From Thermoplasmata archaeon (lineage in GTDB: Archaea > Thermoplasmatota > Thermoplasmata > Lutacidiplasmatales > UBA184): DNA of 64,000 nt. The translations under genes and the position numbers were made by a program. Below are positions 62,875-64,000 of the stretch, in pieces. Numbering within the stretch: the stretch's first letter is position 1; the number at the start of each line of letters is the position of its first letter. The stretch spans positions 32,565-96,564 of the forward strand of contig JAKBSJ010000003.1 of assembly GCA_021844945.1 (NCBI GenBank). Direction: 5' to 3'. The notes beneath the pieces are model-generated. The model searched no databases. It was not told the DNA's origin and saw only the letters and a program-made list of their open reading frames with translations.

Positions 62875-64000
62875 ATGAGCAGCTCGGTAACTAACGTCGC
62901 TGCCCACACCGTGGCTTCCGAGACCTCCCCACGGGCTTCCCGGAAGACCCTCTCCGATCTCAGCGTGATGATCGGTGGTCAGGGAGGAGATGGCACCCTG
63001 ACGGTATCCGACCTTTTGGGCCGATACTTCCGCAAGCTCGGCCTGTACGTCTACACCTCTCGAAACGTTCTCTCCCGCATTCGCGGCGGACATGCCGACG
63101 CGTCGGTGCGCGCCTCGGACCACCCCACCTCCTCCGTCAAGCCGCAGGTCGATGTACTGCTTGCCTTCGATCAGGAAGCGGCCGAGCTTGGGAGCAAGGA
63201 GCTCGGGCCGGAGGGCGTCATCATCTACGATTCTTCGGTCTTTTCGACCTCGCTTCCGAACTCGTACGGGTTCCCGTTCGCCACCTTGGTTGGGGGTCAA
63301 GTGGGCCAGCCGATCTACAAGAACGCGGCCGCCTATGGCGCGGTCAGTGTGCTTCTCGGCTTCGACGAGAGCCTCACCCGGCAGGTGATTGAAGAGCGGT
63401 TCCAGCGACGGGGCGCGGAAGCCCTCCAAAAGAACCTCAAGGCGCTTGAAATCGGCCGGCAGGCCGCCTCGGGGGTTCCGGAGGTCCCCCAGCACTGGAG
63501 TGTGCGGCCGGGCGAAGCGCACGACCAGATCCTATCGATCGGTAACCAAGCCGTTGCCCTAGGATTCGTCGTCGGGGGTGGGCGGTTTTTCTCCGGCTAC
63601 CCGATCACGCCGGCGACCGAGATCATGGAGTACCTCCAGAGGTACCTTCAACCGTTCCACGGCGTGGTGCGTCAGGCGGAAGACGAGCTCGCGGCCATCA
63701 ACAACGTCCTCGGAGCCGCCTATGCGGGCGCCCGGGCGATGACGTCTACGAGCGGCCCGGGTCTCTCGCTGATGACCGAAGGGATCGGGCAGGCGGGGGC
63801 GGCCGAACTCCCTATCGTCATCGCGGATTGCCAGCGTGTGGGACCATCGACCGGCGAACCGACTCGACACGAGCAGTCCGATCTCGCCCATCTCGCGCAC
63901 CTCGGACATGGCGAGTACCCCCGTTTCATCATCGCTCCCGGTACCGTTCTCGAATGCTTCGAGATGACCGTTCAGGCGCTGAACCTTGCAGAAAAGTGGC
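62875..64000 (+). CDS. 2-oxoacid:ferredoxin oxidoreductase, fused gamma-alpha subunit (5' partial; runs off window)
   Basis: The gamma domain carries MIGGQGGDGTLTVSDLL. It is followed by the alpha domain (VALGFVVGGGRFFSGYPITPATEIMEY...TSTSGPGLSLMTEG). There is no stop before the window end. The gene is absent from the ORF track. Confidence 0.85.
   Translation, partial: MSSSVTNVAAHTVASETSPRASRKTLSDLSVMIGGQGGDGTLTVSDLLGRYFRKLGLYVYTSRNVLSRIRGGHADASVRASDHPTSSVKPQVDVLLAFDQEAAELGSKELGPEGVIIYDSSVFSTSLPNSYGFPFATLVGGQVGQPIYKNAAAYGAVSVLLGFDESLTRQVIEERFQRRGAEALQKNLKALEIGRQAASGVPEVPQHWSVRPGEAHDQILSIGNQAVALGFVVGGGRFFSGYPITPATEIMEYLQRYLQPFHGVVRQAEDELAAINNVLGAAYAGARAMTSTSGPGLSLMTEGIGQAGAAELPIVIADCQRVGPSTGEPTRHEQSDLAHLAHLGHGEYPRFIIAPGTVLECFEMTVQALNLAEKW

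Noticed and set aside
1-64000. CRISPR arrays, IS elements, integrases, prophage or plasmid hallmarks
   Set aside because: No regularly spaced direct repeats, transposase/integrase ORFs or tRNA-flanked islands are visible. Gene content is chromosomal housekeeping.

Overview
This is a dense, high-GC (about 65%) archaeal chromosomal segment. The archaeal assignment rests on topoisomerase VI A/B, primase PriS, FEN1 with a PIP box, aEF-1beta, ribosomal protein L41e, a PbaB-like PAC2 chaperone, a RIO kinase/KH-protein pair and an AglB/STT3 oligosaccharyltransferase. Almost all of the window is coding, and genes are frequently translationally coupled through ATGA or GTGA overlaps. I see no rRNA, tRNA, CRISPR array or transposase.

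Main blocks, in order:
- RHH protein plus a truncated tubulin/FtsZ-like GTPase.
- PbaB, FEN1, formiminotransferase-cyclodeaminase, a RibD-C reductase and a FAH hydrolase.
- PriS, a KH protein and a RIO kinase.
- An HExxH protein, then an NfeD/stomatin operon.
- A crotonase and a tandem GNAT acetyltransferase.
- An 11-gene complex I operon (nuoABCDHIJKLMN, with no E/F/G genes), directly followed by a geranylgeranyl-reductase homologue, a polyprenyl synthase and an FMN alpha-hydroxyacid dehydrogenase.
- Topo VI B/A.
- A membrane protein plus a radical-SAM/SPASM enzyme.
- L41e, not in the ORF track.
- sucCD, coaBC and several hydrolase, SDR and antiporter genes.
- aEF-1beta with its Zn-ribbon partner, not in the ORF track.
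- A 2181-aa AglB fused to a sequon-rich, cell-surface-like repeat domain, with a sequon-rich membrane protein immediately downstream.
- DUF35/thiolase, a leuABCD-like cluster, and a gamma-alpha fused 2-oxoacid:ferredoxin oxidoreductase cut off by the window edge.

The most unusual locus is the giant AglB and its neighbouring putative glycoprotein.
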